A DNA stretch of 64,000 nt from Calcarisporiella thermophila CBS 279.70. Lineage: Eukaryota > Fungi > Calcarisporiellomycota. The position numbers were made by a program, and so were the translations under genes. Location of the stretch: contig NW_027192191.1 of the NCBI RefSeq assembly GCF_041956535.1, positions 1,375,443 to 1,439,442 of the forward strand, in the 5' to 3' direction. Below are positions 13,185-28,151 of this stretch, one piece after another (positions within the stretch are counted from its first letter, which is position 1; each line of letters begins with the position of its first letter). Below the pieces are notes generated by a model. The model was not told the DNA's origin, made no database searches, and worked only from the letters and a program-made list of their open reading frames with translations.

Positions 13185-13541
13185 GATGGACAATTGCTAG
13201 TGCTAGTGAAGTATGGAAAAATCGGTTGGGGAAGAGGAGAAAGGCTGGAAAAGCGTTGGGGAAGCTGCGACGATGTGTGAGAAGAGAAAAAATGTGTCAG
13301 ATTTCTTGAGGCCAGAGGTTTAAATACTGCGGCACTCGACCCCCACCCGTCAATTTTATTTGCGGGCGAAAATTTTTTCAACGCGAAAACGCGAATTTTT
13401 TTCTGGGCTCCTTGCCGCAGGCATATAAAAACCCGGCCCTTCCAAAAATTTCAAGCACTTACTCGTTTTTCCACCCTCTCCCAAACCCCATCCTATTTTC
13501 CAGCCTCGCCGCTAGCACCCCACCCAAATCTCAAGCAAGCC
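13185..13541. promoter_or_regulatory. Bidirectional H2A-H2B promoter
   Basis: TATA boxes on both strands (TATTTAAA ~13319-13326 minus; TATAAAA 13424-13430 plus) flanking tandem ACGCGAA boxes at 13381-13395. Confidence 0.75.
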
Positions 13542-14026
<485 letters not shown>

Positions 14027-14548
14027 AAGATTCGACGATCATTTAGTGTTTTAGTAGTATTTGCCCCCGAGATTCTGTGTGTATATATATTATCTTTCTT
14101 TTTCAGCCTCTTTTACTTGTAACCATAATGTTTTTCCTGTGTGGAAATCCTCATGATATAAAATGCATTTGAAGGAATATTAATGACTCAAAGACTTTGA
14201 TCATAAAAGAATGACTTCTGAGATGACCGTCTTGCCCGATGTTTGTTCCATAATTCGAAGAATTCTCAATCGGAATCATCTTATGCTTCAAAATGTCCAA
14301 ACATTATTCCAGTTTAATAAAACTAACTAAATTACTATTACTACTATTATTGCTAATAATATTGGAATCGTTTCATTCCTTTTTTTTCTTTGGGCACTCA
14401 CTCTTTTCACATTAGATTATAGGGAAAGGTTTAGTAAGAAATTATCTTTTTATATTACAGAAACAGATCGTGTGAAGGGGATAAGGATTATGAATAGCTA
14501 ATATAATACAAACAAAAAAAAAAAGATAACCGGTTGGTGCACATGCGT

Positions 14549-15809
<1,261 letters not shown>

Positions 15810-16038
15810 CCAACACACTTTCCACCTGTAGTCTATTTGCAATTGAAACCAAGCGTGTGAAGAGACTGATGCTCTATTTGTGTTCTGTTTTTCTGTTTTC
15901 ATTATCTTGTACAGTAATATAATATTTTTATTGTTTCTTTTGTTTTGTTTTCTCTTAAATAGCAATGAATATCAACAATCCAAAAGAGGGGGTTATTAGA
16001 AGGAAAGAACGTTAACGATGGAGATGGTGAATAAATAT

Positions 16039-17518
16039 CTATGAGGCCTTGCGATGTAAAAATTCTTCCACCACGCGCTCCGCAGCCTCCCCAGACGTCA
16101 TATTGCCAGCAAACACTTCTGCCTCCAGTGTCTTCACCAGCTCCTTCATGGGTTGGTCACTGTGCAGCCTATTAGGAAAGAGGAGCGGTGATAAATACTA
16201 TAGCCTAACCCTATCAACCAAAGTCAGCAGACCTATCTATAATCCCTGAGGTAATCTGCCGCCACATCCAGAGTGTGCGCTGCTCACCACGTTTTTTCGC
16301 CAAATCGCCCGATTCCTATTTCGATTACAAAGGCATCACCAAGATCGATCCATGCTAGAAGGCGATAAGGGTCCTACTTACGCTCATGATTTTGTAGAAT
16401 TCTTGCATTTTCCCCCATGCACTCTCAAGCCCATTATTCTCCATGGACGACACCTGGCATACTTGTGGCCTCCAGGCTTCGTTAGTCGGCTTCAATAGCT
16501 TGAGCGCGCTCGTGTACTCCATGGCTGCACGACGAGCCGGTTCGATTAGAGTTCCGTCTGCTTTGTTCACTATCACCAAGTCAGATAACTCGACGATACC
16601 CTTTTTAAGACCCTACCATTCCCCCCCCCATAAAAAAATCACCGTCAGAGGTAGGCACAGGAATACATATGGAATGGAAATACCTGCAATTCATCTCCAC
16701 CCGCCGGTGGGACGAGAAGAACAAACATGTCCACCATCTCGGCCACCATTGTCTCCGACTGGCCTACTCCGACCGTTTCAACAAGAGTTACATCGTATCC
16801 AGCCGCCTCACATAATAAAATGGCCTCCGCCGTATTCCGAGCCACCCCTCCCAAAGTCCCTCGACTTGGCGACGGTCTGACGTACGCGTTATCTTGTCGC
16901 GAAAGCTCCGTCATACGCGTTTTATCTCCCAGAATAGACCCTCCTGTCCGCGTGGAGGATGGGTCTACCGCTAGTACGGCAAGTTTATGTCCTTTTTCCA
17001 GCAACATCATCCCAAATGCTTCTATAAATGTTGACTTCCCCACGCCTGGTGATCCGGATATGCCTATTCGAAAGCTTGGTTTGCGGTTTGGGTTGGTATT
17101 TGCAGAGGAGAGCAGCAGGGAAAGCAGCTGCTGAGATTGGAGGCGATGGTCTTCCCGATAGGATTCGACGAGGGTAATGGCGCGTGAGAGAGCATACCGG
17201 TCGCCATGGGTGAGTTCATTATAGAGAGAGCGGACTGTTGAATCTTTGCTCGCCTCTTGAGTCTAAAGGGGTTAGCGTATAAATAAATGTGGATGGGCAA
17301 CAGAAATATAGGGATGTTACAAACATTGATCTTTAGCTGCGCTTGGGAATATCTTCTTTCCCCTGCACGCGTCTATACAAACCATAATTAACTTTTGCCA
17401 CTCAAGTCCGCAATTTTCCCACGGAGAGCTCCCCATCGCGACTTACCACAAGGACCGATCGCAAAGCAATCGAAGGAATGGGGCGCAACCAACGATGTGA
17501 GGAGCGAAGAAGGGACAT
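16039..17518 (-). CDS. MMAA: Mitochondrial methylmalonyl-CoA mutase GTPase chaperone (MeaB/ArgK family)
   Basis: [10 protein letters not shown], GxPGVGKST P-loop, [42 protein letters not shown]; spliced presequence [24 protein letters not shown]|GKRRYS. Confidence 0.93.
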
Positions 17519-17939
17519 GCTACTTCCTTTCTCTTACTTTATGCTCGGTGAAGATGAGAGATCGCAATCCTCGGTGCTATGCCCAATAGGGCCCGTTCGA
17601 GTTCCTGTGACGACGTCACTGGAGCGGTTATTCAAATTGCCCTTAATTAGCATGAAGGGTTAGATTTACTCTTTATCGTATGCTGTTCCTTTGAGGTCAA
17701 CAACATATGGGGAATATCCATGGAAACATGCATGAAATTACTAAAAGAAAAGGTTGGGAAGAGGAGAATGTAGAAAAGAGAGAGAAAAAAAAAATCATTT
17801 TCCGGTAAAATCTTTAGATGAAAAAAAAAATAGCCATATTGTAGTATTCCTGCAAAAGAAGGGAATAACAAACTAAATTGGAGAGGCTCTTCTCCCCCGT
17901 TTGTTCTTGGTTTTCCTTTATATTTTTTTATCCTTTAGT

Positions 17940-18518
17940 TTAGATTGCCTTTTGATTTGCGGCTCCGCCCACGGCAGTCGCCCCGCCTTTACTTATCGCC
18001 GCGATAGCTTGATCCTTATCCACGCTGATTTGCACCGACTTTTCAGAGTGGAAAAACTCTAGACGGTGCACTATCTGTAACGAGCCATTCCACCGATTAA
18101 GCCGGAACACCACCTCATCCCGTACGTAGTCTTCCTGCATGCTCGCCTTTGTATCCGAGCTCGACTTGGCGGCCGCTATCACCGCTGCTCTATAGGGATC
18201 CGCATAGGCATCCAACTGCGCGTCGGCTTCAAACCGGTGCCGGAAATACCGCTCCATGTGATAGCGGGTGGAGGCCCGAGCAAACTCAATCACCTCGCCC
18301 GTGATCGCAATCGAGTGGACGTCCGACTTGTGGTCCGCGCTATCGGCAAGAGAGATATCGGCGTCCGCGTGGGCATCCATGTGTTTTTGCACGACCGGAA
18401 ATGAGGCGGCTTGAGCCACCTGGTTGCCGGTCCCTATCGCATTAGGGGGTGCTAGAGTGCGGCTCGAAAGGTGGGCGAAAAGCAGGACTAACAGGGATAA
18501 TGCGTGGAAAGACAACAT
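17940..18518 (-). CDS. Orphan protein with predicted signal peptide (192 aa)
   Basis: GC-rich intronless ORF with hydrophobic N-terminus; a GTAAGT...TTTAG intron ends just upstream of the ATG. Confidence 0.6.
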   Translation of the reverse strand: MLSFHALSLLVLLFAHLSSRTLAPPNAIGTGNQVAQAASFPVVQKHMDAHADADISLADSADHKSDVHSIAITGEVIEFARASTRYHMERYFRHRFEADAQLDAYADPYRAAVIAAAKSSSDTKASMQEDYVRDEVVFRLNRWNGSLQIVHRLEFFHSEKSVQISVDKDQAIAAISKGGATAVGGAANQKAI

Positions 18519-19040
18519 ATCCCTAAACGAAGCAACGAAAAAACAACAACAGAAAAACGATGTGAGATAACACTTACGCCGTTATTGCAAAAGAAAGAAA
18601 GGCGGGGGGGAAGAAAGTTGCGACCGAGCAATGGGGTGCGATTTTTTAGGGCATCTTTTTAAGAGAAGGGCGATAAATCAATATCATCAAAACCTCACTT
18701 CAAAATTTCTAAATTTGCATCATGGAGGGAAGAAGAAAATGATAATGATCAATCAATTTAATGCAGGAAATATCAGTGGAAAAAAAAAAAATAAAAGGAA
18801 TTCTATTATGTTTAGGTTAAATCAAAATATAGCTCTTTACAATACGTTTTCCCTTTCTCCTCCCCGCCCTCACCATACAGGTTCCCTTGTTTTTTTTTCC
18901 CGCCACCACTAATGCATTACTATTAAGCAGTAGGAAAAACTATAAAACAAAAGGTGTTTGCGATGAGGGAGATCGAAAATCGCCATCAGCTTAATGAGAC
19001 ACATGACAAATACAACGAAGCAACAGATTATGTGACATGT

Positions 19041-19816
19041 TCAAATTGGCAGCAGAGAGGAGGCTTGTCGTGCCATGAAACGCCCTCCAAACATAAGCGT
19101 GGTGGTTCCGCCCGGTAGATAGGATACAAAGTAGTATATCAAGGCAATGATTTGCACAACACTGCACACTATCGTTAGTACATAATTTCGTGCCCCAACT
19201 GCAAAGTAGAGCGTCGCAGCCATAGAGCCAAGATAGGCGGCGCTGAATGGGATGCGCTCCTTAGAGACCATGTGGCGTGCCCACGCAACGGGTCCACGCA
19301 AGAGGGCAATGCTAGCCAGGCAGAGTATCGAACCGACCGTGTATGTCACTGCAAATTTATGAGGAGCGAAAACAATCATGGGCAGCCAGAGGAAAAATGC
19401 CTAAAAATCAGGATATCACGGGGAGTGAGCGAGGTTGGTCCACCATGCCAAATCAACACGGAAGAAATTACCAGGAAAAAGCAGAGCAATCCACCTGCTA
19501 CGCACGCCACGAAACCAATCAATCTCTACGATAGAGCGAAATGAATTAGATCGCGCGACTTCCCGTGTCTATAGCAGAGTAGCTATTGGGAGGGTTCAAG
19601 TACCTCAGTGGTAGACAGACTAAACCAGCTCTCCTCCTCCTGTGCTCCAAGCGGCACATATCCCTGAACCTGCGATCGAATGTTTCCAAAAAACGAGCCA
19701 GCGCTGTCGCCGAATCGACGGAAAGTATCGCCTATCCCGCCGTTGGATTCCCTGTCCGAGACGTTGATATTAATGGTCCGGAGGGACTCGCGAAACCGCT
19801 GTTCGGGCGTTGACAT
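19041..19816 (-). CDS. SFT2: SFT2/Got1-family vesicle transport protein
   Basis: FSLS..ERL.GF, P.KFAVTYTVGS, L.GP, ERIPFS.AY.GS..ATLYF, YFVSYLPGG; two introns. Confidence 0.9.
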
Positions 19817-20301
19817 GATCTTGTGAGAAATTGGTTTTGGTGGGTAGGGTGTAGGTTAAGATGGAAATGGCCTCACTTTATCGGGGGAACTTTGCGTCTG
19901 CAATTAAATTTCATAAGCCATTTTTTCTTGTCAAAAAAGCCTCTCAATAGTACCACGGGGGATGAATAGATATATACTGTATTTATATATATCGAAGTTT
20001 TGGGAGATAAAAAAAGAGTAGAGGGTAAAAAAAGAAAAGAATAATAACAATAATAAGAATAAAAAAACGAAAACAAAACAAAGGAATAGAAAATCCAGCG
20101 AGCTTTGACCTCGCCAAAACAATTATAACGATGAGAAAGGAAACAGCCACAACATGAAGAAGAGACTAATATTTACTGTTGGTTGAAGGGAAAAAAATAG
20201 ACGTAATGAATAATAAGCGATTATAAAGTTCGTACACAGAAGAAAGTATTATATAGATCATGAGGGTCGGTAATAAAAGGAAAAAAAAATAAGAGTGATA
20301 T

Positions 20302-22044
20302 TTAAACATCCACTTGTCTCTCCAACTTCTCCAAACGCTCGCGCAAGCTCCCTAGGATCGCTTCGTATTCAACAGGATTGAGGGGATGAGGCTGTTTCAA
20401 GGACATTTGTGAAGCGCTCTCGCCCTCCTTCGTGGCCGGGGGGGATACATTAGAGCTGCCGGCCACTGTTGTGGATTCATTACGGTCAGCATTGCCTGAA
20501 ACACGGTCTCCGGTGCTAGGAGGGTTGGACGGAACTCGGCCATTGGGCTCCCCGCTGGAGTTCAATCCTTCCAAGCGTTCGACTCGGGCAGCCAACTTCA
20601 CAAGCATCTCTCTAATCTCCTCCTGGTCTGCCAGTCTCTCTTGCCAAGCCTCACGGAAGTACCCGTGGACGAGGCCCTCAATCATCCCGGTCGATTGCTG
20701 CAGCGTCTGGAGCAACGCGGTGGATTTTCTCATCTGGTCCTCAAGGGTTGATTTCAATGCTCGAGCGGCGTTGATGTTCTCGTAAAGTTTCTCAAAGGGT
20801 GCCAAGAAACTCTGCCGGTGCAGCTCCTTGGTAGATCCGTCGACCACAGGGATGGGGGGGGAACGGCGGGCAGAGCGGGGGAGCAATATTGGTGCAGTAT
20901 CGGGGGGCGGGGGATAGGCGAGATGTGACGAAGTATGAGGGGGGTGTGGCTGGAGATGGTGGTGCGGATGATGTGGGTGATGGTGGTGATGGTGGAGATG
21001 AGCGAGGGCCGGGTTAAACACCGCGGCTTTTGGTGCGAATTCCGTCGCGCGGGGCGATATGAGGGCACCGATGGTGTGATTGTTCGCGGGCACGACGTTG
21101 GGATAAGCACACGCCCGAGACTCGGTGTTTGGCTTGACGTCCACGTTGCTCCCGGTGGCGCCTCCAGTCGGGGTCGCAAACTGAGCACTCAACATCTGCT
21201 GATGACAACTGTGAGGTGCAGCGGAAATCACTTGCTGCTGCTGCTGTTGCTGGTGATGATAACCCAGGTTCAGGGGTGCTGACCTCAGCGCCAAGTGTGT
21301 ATCTGAATACGAGGGTGCATAAATAGTAAGGTTCCGCATATTCCGCGATCCGGGCCGTCCCTTGGTTCTCCGTGTTTGAGGTATATTGCTTCCAACAATG
21401 GGAGGCTGTGGGAGTGATGGCGAGTGTCGTGACAAGACCTCCCCAATCGAGCTATTTTGGGACGAAGGGTGACGGCCGGTGCTGCCTCCCCGCTGTTGCA
21501 GCGCAAGCTGCCTCGACTCGATGATCGCCTGCTGCTGCTGCTTGAGCTTTTGAGTCGCACGCAGCTGCTCATCTATTAGGGACTCGGAAGGCTTAGGGGC
21601 GACAACGCGAGCGCGCTTAGGTGTCCGCTCACCTTCCGAAGGAGAATGGGAGGTCTCCTCGAGACTCAGGCGCGCCTGAGCCTGCGACTGCTGCGGGGAT
21701 ACTGGTAAGGGGTGAAAGGGCACGTTTTTGGTATCTTTGTTTAATCTAAAGGGAAAATTATATGAGCTTCTGCTCTCCATCCAGGCCATCATCTGATGTT
21801 TTTATGTTTACCTTTTTGCCTCCACAATGGGCCGTGATGGCTGTGGTGTGGGATCAATCATGTGTTCAATGGCCATACTCCGGTTTTTGGAGAGTTTCTC
21901 CGCCGAAGGCTCCCCGTCCATCGAGGCCGAAGAGGGGGGTGTGAGGGAGATGTTCGGGTCCACGATGGTTGTGGAGTGGCCGGGATCATCGGAGAGGATT
22001 TCTCGCGAGGATGTTCGTTTGAGTCGCGAAACTCCTTGTATCAT
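20302..22044 (-). CDS. Largely disordered Q/H/P-rich protein with C-terminal coiled coil, unknown function
   Basis: ORFs 21808-22155 and 20302-21792 joined by an intron (~21746-21811, AKR|LNK); helical block FLAPFEKLYENI..LKSTLEDQMRKS. Confidence 0.7.
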
Positions 22045-22999
22045 TACTTCGCTGCGGTCGCTGAGGGTGATGGTATTATGATTGGGAGAGAGGTTTCGGG
22101 TCTTTGAGCAAGGAGGGATTAGCCAGAGGCAAGCTGAGGGAGGGAGGGTTTGCAAGGATTAGCGCACAGTGGATCAGGGAGATGGGGGATAAAGGGGGAG
22201 ACACTGGAAGGAGATGCTAGAGAGAGAGGGCGGGGATGGCCACCGTCATAGGGGCATTACGGGCACAAATGAAACGAGCAAAGGGCAATAAGACAAAACA
22301 AAGCCCAACAAACAAACAGGTAACAGAATAAAACGCGCGGACTAGCACAGCAGAAAATAGAACAGAACATTGAAATATTAAACGAGGAGCGGCATTGGCC
22401 AATGGCGTGGCTCCAATGGAGACAGAGGAGCAATTTGACTGGTTTTATCATCGGCCACGCTTTTCCACACCAACCCTACACAGCCGTCACAAACTTTTTG
22501 ACCCGAAGGTCGCACCTTTCATCAACTATTTTTATGAGGGTGATCAAGTGGCCGCCCGAGGCTCCTGGCGTTACAGATTAGGCCCCGCTCTCCCCCCAGC
22601 CCTCAATAAAAATGTCATGAAACATGGCTCATTTGCACGGGAACAGAAAATTGCAAAGCACACCAGTCACTTCTCTTTCAGAACCAACCCTATCACCGCA
22701 GCCGTACAAAAAGGCAAAGACAGAGGAAATATTTCGAAGACAGACAAGAAAACGAGCGAGCATCAATAACGAAAAATGGAAGAGGCTTAGGAATATACGG
22801 AGAAACCAAACACACAATAAAGCTATCCGAAGGAAGAACAAAAAAGAAGAAAAAATAAAATAGGAGTATAATATAATGTAGAAGATCACACGAGTCGACA
22901 AAAAGAAAAAAGATAATAGAACCAAAGTTAAGGAAAGGAAATTAAAGTAACCATTTAAAGTAAGATAAATGAATAAGAATGTAAACCGCGTTTCCTCCT

Positions 23000-24700
23000 T
23001 TATTCTTCCTGGGACTTGTCCTCATCCCCCAACGCCCCCTCCTCCCGTTCCCTCTGCTTCTTCCCCTTCTTCCCTTTCGATTTCTGGATCCGCTCACTTC
23101 TCCTCACCTTTTTCCCGGACGTTTCGTTCTCATCCTCCAGCTGCGCCTCCTCTTCCGCATTTATCCCCTCCGCTTCCATCGACTCATCCAAGTCTCTCTC
23201 AGCCTCCAGCCCCCTTTTATCTTCCTCTCCACTGGCAACTTCACCGATCTCTCCACTCTCGTCGTCTGCCATCTCCTCCCCTGTGGAATAGGCCGCTGAG
23301 AAGCGTCGTCGCAAGCTCTGGCTTCCATTCCGGCCCGTCCCTCCATCTCGCATGGCCGGTAAACGTCGGGGAGTTAGGCTTCTTCCGCGTTGTATAGGCT
23401 GTGAAGGAGAGACAAAATTAATGGATGCGTTCGGGTTTCCTAAGGAGGCGGCCATCGACGCAGGCTGTGCACCGCCGATGGGTGAGGTCGATCGCGAACC
23501 AATGGGACTGTGTTCCGACATGGGAGTCACCGGGCGTGATGGCACTGCCAGGTCAGCATGCGGTAAGGGAACCGACGTGGTGCCCATGCGCCGTTTGCGG
23601 CGCGATGGATTAAAATGTTTACAGTTAGGGCAGAAATATTGTATATCATCCACCTCTTGCGGCAAGACGAGTCCATTGTGCGAGAAACAATTCTCACAGA
23701 TGAGTGCGTATTTTGTCTCTGGTCCTTCGTCACCTACAATGACATCCACTAGCCGATCATACCAATTACGCTGGCCTGTGCTCTGGAGAGTATTAGGCCG
23801 CTGGTTCGGATTTTCATTGGTTGGAGAGGGTGCTATTGGTACAAAAAGCAAGTCGTGAGTTGGAAATTCATAACTTCCTTCAAGTGCTGACTGGCCTACC
23901 ACGAACAAGTGGAGTAGCGGGCTGCTGCGTCATCATACTCCCCTTTAGGTTGCCCGGAGTGGCATTACCAGCCAAGGGTGCTGCGTTTGGCGCCGGTGTA
24001 CGTTGCCGCAGCGTAGTAAGATTGGGCTGGATCGGCTGTACTGGCTTACCCGGCGTCTGTGGGTGACCCGCTCCAAGATGATTTGGCTTTTTCCCGCTAG
24101 GGGTCGATATCTGCGGTGGTTGTCCAGTTTTGCGCTGGGAAGAATCGTATCGGTCTAGCAAATTTTTGGTGGCATAATAGGCAGTACGCTTTTTAAGCTC
24201 TTCGACTTTAAGCTTTTGTTTAGCACGAAGATGCCCCAGGCGAGACTCTGAAATGAGCATAAAGAGAATTTAATAAAGCATCATAAGCTGATATGGAGTC
24301 GGACCTTACCTTCACTTGTCTGCTTTCTCCGATACCACATGGAGATGGTTTTTTTCACACCCATCACAATCGCAGGCCCCAGCAAAACAGGTAAAAGTTT
24401 GAGGACCCAAGAGTCCCACGCGTCAGAAGCGCGATTCAGGTACGAGAAGAATCCAATACAATAAAGCGAGTACGCGAGTAAAGAATAAACTAGCCACACT
24501 ATAACAACTCGGCGCTCGCGCACTTTAATCTCGGAGAGACGTAGCTCTGCCTTCTGAATTTTAGAGTCGAGATCGGAGAGGATCTTTTCCCAATCGCTTG
24601 GGTCAGTCTAGAAACAACACATTAATAGGGATCACAGCTGCTGTCATTGAAATGGACCAGTGAAAACTACCTTGTTATAACGTGACAAAAGCGCCCCCAT
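23000..24700 (-). CDS. LNP1: Lunapark, ER three-way junction protein
   Basis: N-myristoylation-type start MGALLSR, two TM segments, coiled coil, WYDRLVDVIVGD, YALICENCFSHNGL...YFCPNCKHFN zinc finger. Confidence 0.93.
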
Positions 24701-25834
24701 TTCTTGTTAAATAAACTAAACGATGACGGTAATGGACGAAAGAAAATAAAAAATTAATCTTGTAAAGGGTATATCTAATGAATGAAACTGATGATACTAC
24801 AATAAACCAATTAAGAAGATAGAAACACTGGCAAACAATGCAAGCGGTAATTATGATCTTTTCTTTTGTTCAATTATCTACTTATCAGCTATAGCCAACA
24901 AAAAATACTAAGGAATGAAGAGAAAAAAAAAAACGTTAAAATAGCAGCTGAAAAGAGTAGATATCTCCCCAAAATTTATCAGGTATTTTTGAGAGGCTTG
25001 TATGTAAAATGACCGTAGGTTATTACTGTAGATTGGATGGTAGCGGAAACATGAGGCAATGATACAGAGCAACCTTGAATATCTATGGATTTCGCTAACC
25101 ATAACGGCTATATTTTGTATAGAAAATAAAAAAAATATGTATAAATAATCAGAGAATATTTTATAATAATAAGAGCATCAAGATTATAAAGGATATTAAA
25201 CAGGATTGGCCCTCATACATGACTTGATAGAGCCTAATTTTTAGGTGTTAGATGGTTTTGGGATATAGGCAGTTTGCATCTTGATCCGGCATTGACGAGC
25301 AAGTTGGATTTCGAGTCTCGATTAGAATTCCAAGGCTAGTGAACCAATACCGCATTGACAATAGAGGCTAAATTCTTGGTCACTACGCATGGTTGAAGAT
25401 GTTGGAAGGAAAAATATTTCATTAATCGAATCAAGTTTCCTGTTGGGAATCCGAGTTCTCGTGATGAAAGCACCAAATTTATGCATTCTTCAAAATGCAA
25501 TACTATAATATTAAAGACTAAAACCCGACATATTTGCTTTTATTATTCAATTTACAATTGATTAAAACGAAAAATGAGCTAATCAGAGTGATTCAACGCA
25601 GTCATTTCTTGTCGGGCGACGTTCGTTTACTATGGGAGAGAAAGGGGCGATAGGAATTTAGTCAAAAAGGCCACCCATGCGTAAGCAAGAATGAAAATTA
25701 TTGCTCGCGATACTATACCTTGGAACGAGCGCGCATCTTTCTTCTCTTGCGCTTAAGACGCCTTTGACGCTTCTTCTTCCACTTGGCTCTCATTGTCTAT
25801 AGATTATAGAAGTTAACATTGAGAGAAGAATACA

Positions 25835-25856
25835 TGGATGGATGGATGGATGGATG
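25835..25856. repeat. (TGGA)5 microsatellite
   Basis: tggatggatggatggatggatg. Confidence 0.8.
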
Positions 25857-26137
25857 TTTGAATAAATGGACAGGATATCATAATGGAATGGACTACTTAC
25901 CGGCTAAAGTATAATTACGATAAACGACAAAATTGAGATGGGTAAGGAAGGATGCAACCACGAGAGAATTTGCTTTAATAAAAGACACTCAATTCACATC
26001 ACACATATTTAGAAATTGATAGATCAACCAAATTCGAATGAACAATTTTGAGGGACGACAGGCGAGGCTTATTCTCCAGAAAATACATCTTTGAAATTCG
26101 CATACCTTTAGAATAGTGACGAGAGAAGTTAAGGGAG

Positions 26138-27653
26138 ATGTTGAGCCGTATTAAAAGGCAAGTTCTCCAGCTAGATGCGTTCCCAAAGGTGTCAGCAGAA
26201 TATCAGCAGGCGAGCGAAGGGGGTGGATTGATTACATTGATAGTGGTCTTGATATTATGTTTTTTGGTGTCATCAGAATACCGAGAGTAAGTGGGCTAGT
26301 AATCGAGAGCTCATATTTCCAGATGCGTGCTGACCCTTTGCTCTTGTATATCACTAGGTACAGTAGTCTCCGCCATCATTACAATTTTCTGGTAGATAGA
26401 GAGGTTTACCGCGAGATGCAAATTAATTTAGATGTTACTGTCGCAATGCCGTGTGAATGTGAGCTATAGACAATATAAGGAGGAAGAATTTCGGCCATTT
26501 ACTAACCCTAAATTGCTTCATCTAGTTCTAAATGTGGATGTCCTCGATGCGACTGGTGCGCATTTGAATGCCAAGAAAGCACTTACAAGCAATCCTGTAA
26601 GTTCAAATACTGACATTTTTCCCCCGTGCTCTCTGCCCTAAACACTAATCAAATTTGCCTTTCCTCCAGGCTAAATTTGAAGTTGGCACCGCTCATCTCT
26701 TAGAGTATCTATTATAAACTACGATTTGACAAGTGGAGGTGCTCTTCCTAGGTATTAACCGCTCTCTTATGTTATTAGGAAGGTACTAGGAGATCAAGTT
26801 CCCACAGACCTTCGCAAAGCTATCCGTGACGCTAGGAAAAAGCTTCGAGAAAAACCAGTTCCAAAAGGTGAGTACCTGGATTTCATTCAACTACTTTAGA
26901 GTTTGTAATGGACTCTTACTGATCTTTCTTCAGAAAATGCGGATGCTTGTCGTATTTTCGGTTCAATCGAAGTGAACAAGGTCATGGGAAACCTCCACAT
27001 CACAGCACTTGGACATGGTCATGGTGGCACCCATGTGGATCATGACAGTAAATACTTCTTAATGATTCTGGTGCACCTGAGAGAGAGTGATTAACGTTGA
27101 TCCATTTATTACTAGGACTAAATTTCACTCATCGAATCGATGATTTTTCTTTTGGAGAAAATTTCCCAAATATCCGAAATCCTCTAGATAATGTAATTGA
27201 GTCGACCGATAACAGTAAGTTTTCTCTCGGCCGAGATGGACTTCCAATAACCCTCCTCACCTTCCCATCACTACTAATCCAGATATGCAGCGTTTCCAAT
27301 ACTTCATCTCGGTTGTTCCCACCACTTACATGGATGCCTCGAATAATATTCTTCGTACAAACCAATACGCCGTGTCAGATCATAACAAAAACATTGGAAC
27401 TTCGGGTGTCCCAGGAGTGTTTTTCAAGTATGATATCGAGCCTATTCTAATCCAAATCCATGAGCGCCGGTCGTCCTTTTTGCATTTTCTTGTAAGGCTC
27501 TCTGGGATTGTAGGAGGAATCTGGGTATGTGCAGGGATGGGACATAAATTCCTGTCAGCAGCATGGAGAGTTGGAAAGCCCAGTCCTATGAATGGAACTC
27601 GGCCGTTATTGAGAAACCCTAACCCTAGATCCAAGGTGAAGGCACCTATTTAA
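26138..27653 (+). CDS. ERV41: ER-Golgi intermediate compartment protein ERGIC2/Erv41-like
   Basis: LDAFPKV, DVTVAMPC, ACRIFGSIEVNKVMGNLHITA, NFTHRIDDFSFG, FQYFISVVPT, PGVFFKYDIEPI, RLSGIVGG; multi-exon. Confidence 0.88.
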
Positions 27654-28151
27654 TGGAGGACTTGATATTTTGGTTTATTTTCGTGGCCTTCTTTTTTTTA
27701 TTTTGCAAATATGAACATGAATAAAAATGGATGATGTATTTTCTTTAGAGTGCGAACTTTCCTACCCCAATCCTTGCCACGGCATATTTACACAATGTCA
27801 GAACTAAGTTGGATTCCAAACACTCTCCTTGAGGAAATCATAATAACCAATTTTGGCAATTTCGAGATCTCTACCTGGATTATTATCAAGAAATCTTAAC
27901 GGCACTCCGCTTAAAATAACTGAATCCAAATAGAGCTGTCCGCGCTTTTACTTTGGAGAGCGAGTGGACATTAAATGTGAATGTATATGGAGCCTTGTCT
28001 TTTTTTCCGCGAGAGACTTGTTGATGCTAAGAAAATCCCTGGTATTCCAATTCTTTTTTCGCTATTTCTCTTTTCCGTTTGTCCGAGATTTACGGATCAT
28101 TTGAATTGAAACAATTATTTTATTCCGTAGCCCACCTGTATAATATACAGG

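Noticed and set aside
14027-14548. Search for metazoan-type histone 3' stem-loops
   Set aside because: No GGYYCTTTTCAGRRCC-like hairpin seen after any histone stop codon
17380-17640. GC-balanced stretch first suspected to be a structured ncRNA
   Set aside because: Explained as MMAA exon 1 (mitochondrial presequence), intron 1 and promoter
23821-23910. Overlapping ORFs in Lunapark suggesting a programmed frameshift
   Set aside because: A GT-AG intron restores the frame (LVR|APSP)
25170-25415. Fragments faintly like a decayed protein kinase (IIKDI..GLALIH, RCWK)
   Set aside because: Scattered over different frames with stops and no intact HRD/DFG motif; cannot be distinguished from chance
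26705-26778. GTATCTATT donor in ERV41 as a second U12 intron
   Set aside because: Deviates from GTATCCTT and has a U2-like branch region
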